DNA of 32,000 bases from Halalkalibacterium halodurans (GTDB lineage Bacteria; Bacillota; Bacilli; Bacillales; Bacillaceae_D). The translations under genes were made by a program, and so were the position numbers. A model generated the notes under the pieces. That model was given only the letters and a program-made list of their open reading frames with translations. It was not told the origin of the DNA and did not search any database. The stretch lies in contig NZ_SNUY01000013.1 of the NCBI RefSeq assembly GCF_004376175.1, forward strand, positions 756 to 32,755, given 5' to 3'. Of this stretch, positions 15,660-24,870 are shown piece by piece. Numbering within the stretch: position 1 is the stretch's first letter; each line of letters starts with the position of its first letter.

Positions 15660-15884
15660 GATTACAAATGCACGATTTACCTTTTAAAAAATTCTCTGAA
15701 CGTTTACTCGTAACCAATTAATAAATTTTCCTCCTCCTTTTACTATGAAACTGCAACCATCCTCTCTCTTTTCTACTTCTCATATGAGCTTTGGCCTCTT
15801 TCAGTTTATTCCAAATTATGTACACATTTATATTTACAGTTTATAATTATTTTATATATACAGATTTTCCTAGGGGGAACATCC

Positions 15885-17273
15885 ATGACGTTAACCTACT
15901 TCTTAGATAAAGAAACGGATACGCCGATATATAAGCAGCTTTACGAATCGCTACGGAAGGATATATTGTCAGGAAAGCTAAAAACAGGCGCAAAGCTACC
16001 GTCGATTCGCCATTTCGCACAAACGTTAAATGTTAGTGTCATCACAGTACAAAATGCTTACCACCAGCTAGAGGCAGAAGGATACATTACGAGTCGAGAT
16101 CGCAGCGGATATTACGTGGAAAATCTAGCAGGACTCACACTTTTAGAACGTCAAGATGCAAAGATCATCCACGCTCCGCATCATGATCAAGCATCGGAAG
16201 ATCAGATCATCGATTTTAGCCCGTCCAACATTGATAACGCCCAGTTTCCCTTGTCCATTTGGCGTAAGTGTGTCAATGAGACCCTATTAAACCACGAAAC
16301 ACGCTTTAATCATCACGGAGCCAAATTAGGAGAATTGCCGTTAAGAGCTGCAGTGGCTGATTATGTGACAAAGTCTCGGATTTTGGATTGTACAGAGGAA
16401 CAAGTTGTCATTTTTGAAGGCATCGAACATAGCATGAATATTCTGTCCCTTTTGTTCAAACAAATGGGAAAAACAGCCATTATGGAACAGCCGAGCTACA
16501 AAGTAATTGAAGATATTTTTTCCTTGCATCAATTACCGATTCAGCGGGTTCCATCACCTAAAGGGGTTTTATCATTAGAAGACCTGCAAGAACAAAAAAA
16601 TGGTGTTCTCTATTTGACACCGTCTCACCAATACCCTTACGGAAGCTTTCTGTCGATTCAAGAGCGGATCAAAATTATTAATTGGGCGCAAAACTCAGAG
16701 AGCTATGTCATTGAGGACGATTACGATGGTGAATTCCGTTATGACATCGACCCTGTTCCGTCGTTACAAGGACTATCGAAAAACCATGTCATTTATATCG
16801 GAACATTTTCTAAGACGCTCTCTCCTGCAATACGAGTAAGCTATGCGATTTTGCCTCCAGAGTTGATGAAGCGCTATCAAGAGGTATGTTCCATGTTCCC
16901 TTCGCCTGTCAGTGTCCATCTTCAGTTGGCATTGGCGAAATTTATGGAGGATGGTCACTATGAGCGGCATATTCGCCGGATGCGTAAGTATTATAAGGAA
17001 AAACAGGACTTTCTTATCGCAACCATTCAAGAAGTGATGGGTGATCATGCAGCCCTTCATGGGACAACAGCTGGACTCCATCTCGTATTGGAACTAAAAA
17101 ATAACTCTCGGCCGTACAAACAGTTGTTAGCAGCAGCAAGGGCTCACGGGGTGAACATTTACCCTGTTAAGGATGTAACGCCTAATCCTTACTTCATTTT
17201 AGGATTTAGCGGCCTGCCAAGAGAAAAAATTACGGAGGGAATCCGGCGTTTGCATAAGGCTTGGATAGAATGA
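15885..17273 (+). CDS. MocR/PdxR-type regulator: GntR-family wHTH fused to a PLP-dependent aminotransferase-like domain
   Basis: N-terminus PIYKQLYESLRKDILSGKLKTGAKLPSIRHFAQTLNVSVITVQNAYHQLEAEGYI (GntR HTH). The C-terminal fold-type-I aminotransferase domain contains ..IYIGTFSKTLSPAIRVSY.. (PLP-lysine context). Confidence 0.9.
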   Translation: MTLTYFLDKETDTPIYKQLYESLRKDILSGKLKTGAKLPSIRHFAQTLNVSVITVQNAYHQLEAEGYITSRDRSGYYVENLAGLTLLERQDAKIIHAPHHDQASEDQIIDFSPSNIDNAQFPLSIWRKCVNETLLNHETRFNHHGAKLGELPLRAAVADYVTKSRILDCTEEQVVIFEGIEHSMNILSLLFKQMGKTAIMEQPSYKVIEDIFSLHQLPIQRVPSPKGVLSLEDLQEQKNGVLYLTPSHQYPYGSFLSIQERIKIINWAQNSESYVIEDDYDGEFRYDIDPVPSLQGLSKNHVIYIGTFSKTLSPAIRVSYAILPPELMKRYQEVCSMFPSPVSVHLQLALAKFMEDGHYERHIRRMRKYYKEKQDFLIATIQEVMGDHAALHGTTAGLHLVLELKNNSRPYKQLLAAARAHGVNIYPVKDVTPNPYFILGFSGLPREKITEGIRRLHKAWIE

Positions 17274-17365
17274 TTTCTACAAGTGCTGCTGATCAAAGTA
17301 AGGAACGAGCGTAATCGTCACTTACCGTTCGCCAAAGAGGGTCTGAAACTCCCAACCACAATAAA

Positions 17366-17404
17366 ATCCCTTACCGTTTTTTGACCACTGTAAGGGATCT
17401 TTTA
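17366..17404 (+). terminator. Terminator hairpin 1 downstream of the MocR-type gene
   Basis: Stem 17366-17374/17390-17398 (atcccttac/gtaagggat) with a 15-nt loop, followed by ctttta. Confidence 0.55.
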
Positions 17405-17426
17405 GAATTAGCAGATAATCAGTAAG

Positions 17427-17466
17427 AAAACAGATTCGCTTTCGATCGGCGAATCTGTTTTTATCA
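17427..17466. terminator. Terminator hairpin 2 (strong, bidirectional design)
   Basis: Stem 17427-17439/17449-17461 (aaaacagattcgc/gcgaatctgtttt) followed by tttttat. Confidence 0.7.
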
Positions 17467-17575
17467 TGCTTAACGAGGAGAATCTTCGGTAATGGCGCGA
17501 AAAAACTTTCGTCTGGCTAGGCTAAAAAACTCCCTCCATCGTCTTAATTCAAGTCCGAGCGGATCGTTTGTATAG

Positions 17576-17612
17576 AAAAACAGCTGCCCCGATGTACATA
17601 GGGACAGCTGCT
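17576..17612 (-). terminator. Rho-independent terminator of htpX
   Basis: Stem 17581-17590/17601-17610. The single non-Watson-Crick position is a G-U only on the minus strand. The minus-strand T-run corresponds to the plus-strand A-run at 17576-17580. Confidence 0.75.
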
Positions 17613-17621
17613 CGTTTCCTA

Positions 17622-18536
17622 TTATCGTTGTTCTAATCGAGCAATACGATCATCTAAATCAGGATGGGTGGAAAACAGCTTCATGACGCCACCTCTACCA
17701 CTAATTTTCATCGTTTGCACCGCTGAGTCATCCGTGCCATCGTTCAGCTTCGTTCGGTCCAAATAAGCTTTTAATGAACGGAGCGCATGAGCCATTTTAT
17801 CACGTCCAGCTAAATCAGCTCCACCTCGGTCAGCATGATACTCTCGGTAACGAGAGAATGCACTTACGACAATACTTCCGAGAATAGAGAACAAAATTTG
17901 GAACACGATGATCGCCGCAAACTGTACGATCCATTGCAACTCGGAACGAACAAAGCGCGACACAATGATGGCAGCAACTCTTGAGAGGAAGACGACAAAC
18001 GTGTTGACAACTCCTTGGAGCAATGTCATGGTTACCATATCTCCATTGGAAATATGGGCAACCTCGTGGGCAATAACCCCTTCGACCGCGTCATCATCCA
18101 TTGCATCCAACAATCCAGATGAAACCGCCACAAGCGAACGTTTTTTCGAAGGGCCTGTCGCAAATGCATTCACTTCGGCTGATTGATAGATCCCTACCTC
18201 TGGCATGTGCATAAGTCCAGCTGCACGAGACAAGCGATGAACCTTTTCAACGACAAAACGTTCCCGCTCGGTTAACGGGCCATTTGGATCTAGCACTTTG
18301 ACGTTCATCATTTTCTTTGCCATCCAACGTGACATCGCAAGGGAGATGAAGGCCCCTGTGAAACCAACGATTAAACTAAAGACCATGAGCGACGCATAGT
18401 CAATCCCTAAGCCAGGGCCACCAGTTTCAAACGAGCCTCCAAAGTTCGTAAACCTCGAGATGATCGACCAGACAATGACGATCGTTGTCATGACTAGAAC
18501 GTTCGTTAAAAGAAAAAATAAAATACGCTTCCCCAT
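17622..18536 (-). CDS. htpX: Zinc metalloprotease HtpX (peptidase M48)
   Basis: [10 protein letters not shown] (HExxH) lies between TM segments. The overall sequence is typical of HtpX, and ggagg lies 7 nt upstream. Confidence 0.9.
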   Translation of the reverse strand: MGKRILFFLLTNVLVMTTIVIVWSIISRFTNFGGSFETGGPGLGIDYASLMVFSLIVGFTGAFISLAMSRWMAKKMMNVKVLDPNGPLTERERFVVEKVHRLSRAAGLMHMPEVGIYQSAEVNAFATGPSKKRSLVAVSSGLLDAMDDDAVEGVIAHEVAHISNGDMVTMTLLQGVVNTFVVFLSRVAAIIVSRFVRSELQWIVQFAAIIVFQILFSILGSIVVSAFSRYREYHADRGGADLAGRDKMAHALRSLKAYLDRTKLNDGTDDSAVQTMKISGRGGVMKLFSTHPDLDDRIARLEQR

Positions 18537-18812
18537 TCGTAAACCTCCATTTTCATGTTGTCCTAGTATATTTTAACACGATTCAATGAATATACCAGAT
18601 ATTATTTTAGATTATGGGCAGGAACGGTGACGCTAACGATTAACGATACTATATACATAAAAGGATTATTCGTCTACTGCTTCAAGCGATTTGTTATAAA
18701 TTCTCCTTTTTTTTGAGCGCTATTTTTTACGATCCCGTGTCTAAAGCATAAAACTGTTATGATAAACTGAACATGTTCGTAAGTATCTTATCACAGGACG
18801 GGAGTGTAAAAG

Positions 18813-19802
18813 ATGAAGATTGCAACCGTTGGTACTGGCCCGATTGTTGAAGCGTTCCTATCGGCATTGGATGAGATCGATGGCCCGATGTGTGTCGCCA
18901 TGTATTCGCGTAAAGAAACGACAGCGAAACCATTAGCAGATCAATATAACATCCCCACCATTTATACCGATTTTGACCACATGCTTGCCGACCCTAATGT
19001 GGAGGTTGTCTATGTAGCTTCCCCTAACAGCTTACATTATCAGCATGCCCTCCAAGCATTAGAGCATCGGAAGCATGTGATTTGTGAGAAGCCGTTTACA
19101 TCAACTGCACGGGAATTAGAGCATTTGATATCCGTTGCAAGGAAAAACGAGTTAATGTTGTTTAAAGCGATCACAACGATTCATTTACCAAACTACCAAT
19201 TAATCAAAGAAAACATTCATAAGCTTGGCTCAATTAAAATGATTCAATGCAACTATAGCCAATACTCAAGCAGGTACGACCGTTTTCTAAGCGGAGAAAC
19301 ACCGAATGTGTTCAACCCAGCCTTTTCCGGTGGCGCTCTCATGGACATTAACGTATACAATATTCATTTCGTTATGAACTTGTTCGGCCCTCCTGAGGCG
19401 GCTCACTATATTGCAAATCAGCATGCCAATGGCATCGATACGTCAGGCGTGCTCGTTTTAAAGTATCCACATTTTATTAGTGAGTGCGTCGGGTGTAAGG
19501 ACACGCAGAGTATGAATTTTGTCCTCATCCAAGGAGAAAAAGGATATATCCATGTCGAAAACGGGGCGAACGGTTGCCGCAACGTCAAAATCTACCTTGA
19601 CGATCAAACCTCCGAATTAAACGCTCAAACAAACGACAATCTTTTATACTATGAAACGCGTACATTTTACGAGATGTATCAAGCAAAAAATTTCGAAAAG
19701 TGCTATGAACTACTGACATACAGCCATTCTGTCATGCGTGTGATGGAACACGCTAGGAGAGAAGCAGGGATTGAATTTCCAGCAGATTCTCGAAAACGAT
19801 AA
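18813..19802 (+). CDS. Gfo/Idh/MocA-family NAD(P)-dependent oxidoreductase
   Basis: N-terminal Rossmann motif MKIATVGTGPI and the EKP motif (VICEKPFTS). Confidence 0.85.
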   Translation: MKIATVGTGPIVEAFLSALDEIDGPMCVAMYSRKETTAKPLADQYNIPTIYTDFDHMLADPNVEVVYVASPNSLHYQHALQALEHRKHVICEKPFTSTARELEHLISVARKNELMLFKAITTIHLPNYQLIKENIHKLGSIKMIQCNYSQYSSRYDRFLSGETPNVFNPAFSGGALMDINVYNIHFVMNLFGPPEAAHYIANQHANGIDTSGVLVLKYPHFISECVGCKDTQSMNFVLIQGEKGYIHVENGANGCRNVKIYLDDQTSELNAQTNDNLLYYETRTFYEMYQAKNFEKCYELLTYSHSVMRVMEHARREAGIEFPADSRKR

Positions 19803-19808
19803 CCGTTT

Positions 19809-19837
19809 AAGCTTGGAAGGGTCCCCCTTCTAAGCTT
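19809..19837. terminator. 13-bp hairpin between convergent genes (no U-tract)
   Basis: aagcttggaaggg-tcc-cccttctaagctt (one G-U). It overlaps the stop of the minus-strand membrane-protein gene. No T-run is present on either side, so terminator function is uncertain. Confidence 0.35.
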
Positions 19838-20138
19838 ATTCGGAATAAAACCACGTAATCTCTGGGGGGATATCCCCTTCTGGCAACAAGTAAACAACTA
19901 TAAAAAAGACACAAATCAACAATCCAAAACAAATCAGCCAGAGCGAAAGAATTGGTTTTTCTGTTTTAATCAATCCATACACTCCGCACGATAGGCTACC
20001 AATGCCAAGAAATAGCTCAAAAAAAGCGATGGGATAAACGGAATAGTGATCGATGATAAAAATTCGTGCAAAGTTACCAACTGTAAGTAACAGTACAAAT
20101 AGAAGCTGAAAAACAATCCCTAGTCGTAAAACCTTCAA
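19836..20138 (-). CDS. Hypothetical small membrane protein (about 3 TM)
   Basis: Hydrophobic ORF. The second TTG (20138) is preferred because ggagg lies 7 nt upstream. The ORF-track start 20144 is only 1 nt from the SD. Confidence 0.55.
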   Translation of the reverse strand: MKVLRLGIVFQLLFVLLLTVGNFARIFIIDHYSVYPIAFFELFLGIGSLSCGVYGLIKTEKPILSLWLICFGLLICVFFIVVYLLPEGDIPPEITWFYSE

Positions 20139-20170
20139 CGCCAATCCTCCTTTGAGTATGTATCCTTAAT

Positions 20171-20695
20171 CTACCATTCTCCGTAAAACATTCGTCTTTC
20201 CAATAGGGCAACAATTAAGGTGGTGATCACATTGACGACCACGATGGTAACAAGAAGAGCGCGTGGCCACTTCGCGTGTTTTTTTGAAAAATGATAAACG
20301 ATCGGCACTTCAACCAACAATGTCAACATTAAGTATCCTAGCAAAACGATGTAATACGGGCCTGATTCAAAGGCACCGTTCCACGCTTCGCCCCACCCGT
20401 CGTAAAAGATTTGTAGCTGTAGCGCTCGCGATATGTATGGCAGCAAAAAAGAGGCTAGATTCGCACCTATGATCAATAAGACCATTTTTAGCTTAAGCCC
20501 AAGTCCCTTGTTGAGAGTGGCAAACAAGAGAATGCCTGCGATTTCAATACTAAGCGTTAAACTAACCGCAACAGGTAGCCATTCTTTCGGGCTGGACGTC
20601 AGCCATTGCCAAGACGAATTGGCAAAAACCGTTGTTGGCAAACACATCATAAACAATACAGAGAAGAATGTAACCTTTAAAAAAATCTTGTTCAC
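20171..20695 (-). CDS. Hypothetical membrane protein with N-terminal signal sequence
   Basis: VNKIFLKVTFFSVLFMMCLPTTVFA signal-like start, followed by about 4 TM helices. The GTG at 20695 has ggagg 7 nt upstream. The ORF-track start is 20734. Confidence 0.55.
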   Translation of the reverse strand: MNKIFLKVTFFSVLFMMCLPTTVFANSSWQWLTSSPKEWLPVAVSLTLSIEIAGILLFATLNKGLGLKLKMVLLIIGANLASFLLPYISRALQLQIFYDGWGEAWNGAFESGPYYIVLLGYLMLTLLVEVPIVYHFSKKHAKWPRALLVTIVVVNVITTLIVALLERRMFYGEW

Positions 20696-20790
20696 ACGAT
20701 TTCCTCCACCTTGGTTTTCTATATTATTCCACACCTACTAACTTTATCATGAACTAATCTTATCACAAACCTGTTTTTAGGGCTTGTCAT

Positions 20791-20820
20791 AAAAAAAGCT
20801 CCTACCATACGAGGCAGGAG
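20791..20820 (-). terminator. Rho-independent terminator of the sodium:solute symporter gene
   Basis: Stem 20799-20806/20813-20820. One position pairs (G-U) only on the minus strand. The minus-strand T7 tail corresponds to the plus-strand A-run at 20791-20797. Confidence 0.75.
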
Positions 20821-20833
20821 TCTTCTACTGTTT

Positions 20834-22357
20834 CTATGCACTTTCATTTAAACGCTCAATGATTTGTTTCGCGTGTTTGGGTCGTTTCGTAAAAAGACTA
20901 ATCACAACTGTAATTGTTGTTGCCACGATAAATCCAGGAACGGCTTCGTACGTAATCCCGAAAAAATAAGTGTTTAAAAGCTCTTTTACATCTGGTAAAA
21001 AAGCATACGTCCATTGCGGCTGCTGCTTCACTAGGATAACCGTTAAAAGCCCTGCAATCATCCCCCATAAAACCCCTTGTCTCGTGACACCTTTCCAGTA
21101 AAACGACAGAAGAAGAGCCGGACCAAAGCAGGCACCTAATCCACCGAAAGCAAACAAGACCATCCAGAAGACAAATTCTTGAGCAGTAAATGCGAGAATA
21201 AGAGATAGCCCCATGAATACAACCGTTGTTAACCGGCTGAGACGAACGAGTTTTTTCTGGGAAAGTTTTCGATTTCGGCGAAACATTTTTTGATAAATAT
21301 CACGGACAAAGGCACTAGAGCCTACAAGTAACTGACTATCCGCACTTGACATAATGGCCGCTAATACAGCAACGAGTAAAAACCCAAAGAATAGCGGGTG
21401 CAAAATTTCCGATCCTAACGTGAGAAACACTTGCTCCTGATCTCCATTTGGAAGCAGACTAACGTCAGGAAAGTAGGCACGTCCTGCAAGTCCAATCATG
21501 ACAGCTCCCCACCCCATGAGCACATTCCAAACCGAACTAATCAAAGCCGCTTGTCTCATTTCCTTCACATTTTTAAGTGACATATATCGAACAAGAATAT
21601 GAGGGTTCCCTGGGCTACCAAACCCAATCCCGAGTAGACCAATCACCGCACCAAAGCCAAAGGCAAACGGACTAGTGAATCCACCACCTTCCGTATGCAT
21701 CACTTGCAAAAGCGGATCAAACCCACCTAAACCGATGATAGCAACTACAGGAAGTATGACGAGAGAGACAAACATAAAGCCCGCTTGAACGACGTCTGTT
21801 TTACTCACCGCATGAAAGCCACCAAGCATCGTATAGGCGAGTAAAATAACGGCTGTCACCCACATTCCGGTAGATGATGATACGCCCATGCTTGTCGCGA
21901 ACGCTCCGCCACCTGCCACGAGCTGGCTTGCCACATAGGCAATCATAAAAAACATAATAATGAACGCACTGACCCCTCGAAGAATATGAGTTTTATCATT
22001 GAATCGGGTTTCTAAAATATCAGGTATCGTAATACTCCCTGTCTGTTCACTATAGGCTCTAAACCTTCTAGCTACATAAAAAAACAAAAATACTTCCACA
22101 GCAATGTAACCAGCCACTGCCCAAACGGCATCAAGCCCCGTAGCATAAGCTGTTCCCGTCACCCCAAGAACGAGCCAAGCGCTACGACCGGAACTGACAG
22201 CAGATAATGCGACCGTCCATTTATTCAAGTTACGTCCAGCGAGAAAAAAGTCAGTCATTCCTACGGAGCTTTTCTTTGAACTCAGAAGCCCAATCAGTAA
22301 AAGAGCGACTAAATATGCGATTAAAATCGCAACAGCGAGCGGTTCTACCATGTTCAC
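20834..22357 (-). CDS. Sodium:solute symporter family (SSF; PutP/PanF-like) transporter
   Basis: 507 aa with about 13 TM helices. The motif ..FFLAGRNLNKWTVALSAVSSGRSAWLVLGVTG.. is typical of SSF. The GTG start overlaps the upstream small ORF's stop by 1 nt. Confidence 0.85.
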   Translation of the reverse strand: MNMVEPLAVAILIAYLVALLLIGLLSSKKSSVGMTDFFLAGRNLNKWTVALSAVSSGRSAWLVLGVTGTAYATGLDAVWAVAGYIAVEVFLFFYVARRFRAYSEQTGSITIPDILETRFNDKTHILRGVSAFIIMFFMIAYVASQLVAGGGAFATSMGVSSSTGMWVTAVILLAYTMLGGFHAVSKTDVVQAGFMFVSLVILPVVAIIGLGGFDPLLQVMHTEGGGFTSPFAFGFGAVIGLLGIGFGSPGNPHILVRYMSLKNVKEMRQAALISSVWNVLMGWGAVMIGLAGRAYFPDVSLLPNGDQEQVFLTLGSEILHPLFFGFLLVAVLAAIMSSADSQLLVGSSAFVRDIYQKMFRRNRKLSQKKLVRLSRLTTVVFMGLSLILAFTAQEFVFWMVLFAFGGLGACFGPALLLSFYWKGVTRQGVLWGMIAGLLTVILVKQQPQWTYAFLPDVKELLNTYFFGITYEAVPGFIVATTITVVISLFTKRPKHAKQIIERLNESA

Positions 22358-22527
22358 TAAGAAACATCCCCTTTTCTGTTGCCATCGTTAGAAAGCGAAC
22401 GGGCTCGGATCTCCTGTTTCAATGAAGCGATCTCCTCCTTAATTCCTGTGTGCACATAACAAAGAAGTGCGACAGCTAGTATTGACAGTGGCAAACCAAT
22501 AAGGGCGAAAAAGATATCAACGTTCAT
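22357..22527 (-). CDS. Small single-pass membrane protein (56 aa) translationally coupled to the symporter; too short for the ORF track
   Basis: MNVDIFFALIGLPLSILAVALLCYVHTGIKEEIASLKQEIRARSLSNDGNRKGDVS. An aaaggagg RBS lies 6 nt upstream of the ATG at 22527. Its TAG stop overlaps the symporter GTG. Confidence 0.6.
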   Translation of the reverse strand: MNVDIFFALIGLPLSILAVALLCYVHTGIKEEIASLKQEIRARSLSNDGNRKGDVS

Positions 22528-22629
22528 CAGCAACCTCCTTTTGCTTTTACTATTTTCGTCTATTCATTACTTTTCAACATCAAAGGAAACATTCCTTGTG
22601 ACCATTTCTCCGGAGCAGCGATCGAAACA

Positions 22630-22661
22630 TAAAAAAAGCGCAAAGCAGCTGCCCTGCGCTA
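22630..22661 (-). terminator. Probable terminator of the UbiB-like kinase gene
   Basis: On the minus strand, agcgca..tgcgct (6-bp stem, 22637-22642/22655-22660) is followed by ttttttt. Confidence 0.5.
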
Positions 22662-22733
22662 GACATCTAAATATATACTTTCTTTTTATTTAAAAGCGTA
22701 TCTCCATTCAAATGCTGAAAAAACGCCTACCGG

Positions 22734-24410
22734 TTAAAATCTTCCTGAACGCAAGATGGAATATAAGAGCCAAATAAACATAAGGAGCGCCACAACGAAC
22801 CCAATCTCAACTGCTGGAATGTTCCAAAGGAGAGATGACTGTCCTCCTAGAGCTGAGCCGATGATTAATCCGACCATAATGATACTGAACGACAGGAGGA
22901 CGATACTAAAGGACAAACGATTACTAATTCGATCTAATTTATTTAGAAATCGTTCGATTTTTGGTAGTGACAGTTCTAGAGGTAGCTTCCCTTTTCTTGT
23001 GATCGCTGTTAATTCTTTTAACGTTCGAGGCAACTCTGTAAGAACGTCCCCATATTCATTCCACTGATTATATACGTGTTCGGCAACAGATTTTGGGCTC
23101 AAACGCTCCTTAAGCAATTGACGGCCAAAAGGCTCAGCCACCTTTACGATACTAAGCTCCGGATCTAATTTTTCCACCATTTGTTCCATTGTAAGAAGCG
23201 TTTTACCTAACAATGTTAAATCGGCTGGAATTTGAATGCGGTGGTGATTGGCGATGGCAAACAAGTCATTAACTGCTTCCCCAAGGCTCACCTGACTTAA
23301 AGGGACATCAGCAAATTTTTCCCTTAACTCATCGATATCCCATTGCAGCAGCTGCATGTCCACATCATCGGGTACAATCCCCATTTTCGTAATGGCGTTC
23401 AAGACCCCTTCCGAACGTCGGCGCATGATCGCAATCACTAGTGAAGCGAAATGTTGTTTCATCTGTGGGGAAAGGCGCCCGACCATACCGAAATCCATAA
23501 ACGCTATGGCTTCACCTGGTAACACCGAAATATTTCCTGGGTGGGGATCCCCATGAAAGAAGCCCTCCAGTAAGATTTGTTTTAGTATCGCATGGGTTAT
23601 CCTCTGGGCCAACATTTTTTCATCATAGCCTCTTTGTTTGAGTTCTTCTCGTTCATTTAACTTCGTCCCTTCCACATACTCCATCGTCAATACCTTTTTC
23701 GTGGAATAGTCCCAATATACTCGCGGTATCTGGACGGTGGGATCGTCTTCAAATAGCTTGGCGAGCCGATCAGCATTTCGTCCCTCCACCGTATAGTCCA
23801 ATTCAGCTAACAGAGCCTTTGAAAATTCCTCAATGATTTCAACTAATTGATAGTTTGCTGCCCACTCCAAGCGGTGTTCAGCTATTTCTGCTAAATGCTG
23901 CAAAATTTCTAAGTCCGTTTTGATGATCTCCTCGATGTTCGGTCGCTGAACTTTGACCGCTACCGGTTCACCTGATTGTAAGACCGCAAAGTGAACTTGC
24001 CCGATAGAGGCTGCACCAACGGGTATTTCATGAAACTCGCGAAACAATTCGTCTACAGCCATTCCTAGCTCATGCTCCACAATGGCTCTTACTTCTTCAT
24101 ACGAAAATGGGGAGACGCGATCTTGTAGCTTTTCCAGCTCCTCCAATAGTTCAGAAGGGATCAAATCAGGACGTGTGCTTGCCATCTGTCCCATCTTCAC
24201 AAAGGTTGGGCCTAACTCCTCTAAAAATAGTCGCAAGCGCTCCCCTATTGTTTTCGTCTGTACGTTTTGCTCTTTCACCAACAGTCGTTTCGGTAAGGAA
24301 ATGATTTTATGCAAACCTAGTTCCTTTACAATGAAACCAAACCCATTATGAGAAAAGGCTGTGACGATTTCACGATAGCGCTTGAGGTGACGAATTCTAC
24401 GTTCAAAAAT
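22734..24410 (-). CDS. ABC1/UbiB-family atypical protein kinase with two C-terminal TM helices
   Basis: GERLRLFLEELGPTFVKMGQMASTRPDLIP plus kinase-like core motifs (..AAASIGQVH.., HGDPHPGN, DFG). The frame is open to 24422, and the upstream 32 codons (FERRIRHLKRYREIVTAFSHNGFGFIVKELGL) look like the conserved UbiB N-terminus. The only start there is ATT 24410, 7 nt after gaggagggg. The ORF-track TTG start is 24314. Confidence 0.85.
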   Translation of the reverse strand: MFERRIRHLKRYREIVTAFSHNGFGFIVKELGLHKIISLPKRLLVKEQNVQTKTIGERLRLFLEELGPTFVKMGQMASTRPDLIPSELLEELEKLQDRVSPFSYEEVRAIVEHELGMAVDELFREFHEIPVGAASIGQVHFAVLQSGEPVAVKVQRPNIEEIIKTDLEILQHLAEIAEHRLEWAANYQLVEIIEEFSKALLAELDYTVEGRNADRLAKLFEDDPTVQIPRVYWDYSTKKVLTMEYVEGTKLNEREELKQRGYDEKMLAQRITHAILKQILLEGFFHGDPHPGNISVLPGEAIAFMDFGMVGRLSPQMKQHFASLVIAIMRRRSEGVLNAITKMGIVPDDVDMQLLQWDIDELREKFADVPLSQVSLGEAVNDLFAIANHHRIQIPADLTLLGKTLLTMEQMVEKLDPELSIVKVAEPFGRQLLKERLSPKSVAEHVYNQWNEYGDVLTELPRTLKELTAITRKGKLPLELSLPKIERFLNKLDRISNRLSFSIVLLSFSIIMVGLIIGSALGGQSSLLWNIPAVEIGFVVALLMFIWLLYSILRSGRF

Positions 24411-24567
24411 GGGAACCCCTCCTCATTTGAAAAACGTGGCGATTGGTGCGGTGATGACTGAGACCTCTCACAAGGCAAGTCGCGCCCAATGTGTGGACGG
24501 CGCCCGGCGCTAGACACCCTTTTGCTAATTGGAAGTGCCATTTTCTTAAATGGCTAAATTAAATGGA

Positions 24568-24870
24568 TTACTCTGATTGTTTTCGTTCTTTTTCCAACTG
24601 TGCCAGTCGTTTTTCCAACGCTTGAACCTCTTCTTTCGTCGCTACATTTAGCCCACTAAGCATCTCTTTTAGCTTGCTTTGAATTTTGTCATCAAGCTCT
24701 TTCTTCGACTCTTCTCCCCTTCGCAACAGCTCACGTAAAAAGTCTTTAGACTCCTGTTGGCTAAGCTCCCCTTTTTTCACGAGCTCATCGATGATTTTTT
24801 CTGCTTGTTCTTTGCTAGCAGCTGCTAAACCTAATCCTAATGCCATCCCTTTTCTTACTGCCTCTCGCAT
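24568..24870 (-). CDS. Phasin-like coiled-coil protein (COG3937-type PHA-granule regulator homologue)
   Basis: MREAVRKGMALGLGLAAASKEQAEKIIDELVKKGELSQQESKDFLRELLRRGEESKKEL.. aaaggagg lies 7 nt upstream of the ATG at 24870. The ORF-track start is 24906. Confidence 0.7.
   Translation of the reverse strand: MREAVRKGMALGLGLAAASKEQAEKIIDELVKKGELSQQESKDFLRELLRRGEESKKELDDKIQSKLKEMLSGLNVATKEEVQALEKRLAQLEKERKQSE

Noticed and set aside
24326-24541. 71-aa minus-strand ORF between the phasin-like and UbiB-like genes.
   Set aside because: It is in a different frame from the conserved UbiB N-terminal extension, has no RBS and is Ser/Pro/Arg-rich. It is interpreted as leader plus the mis-framed 5' end of the kinase gene.
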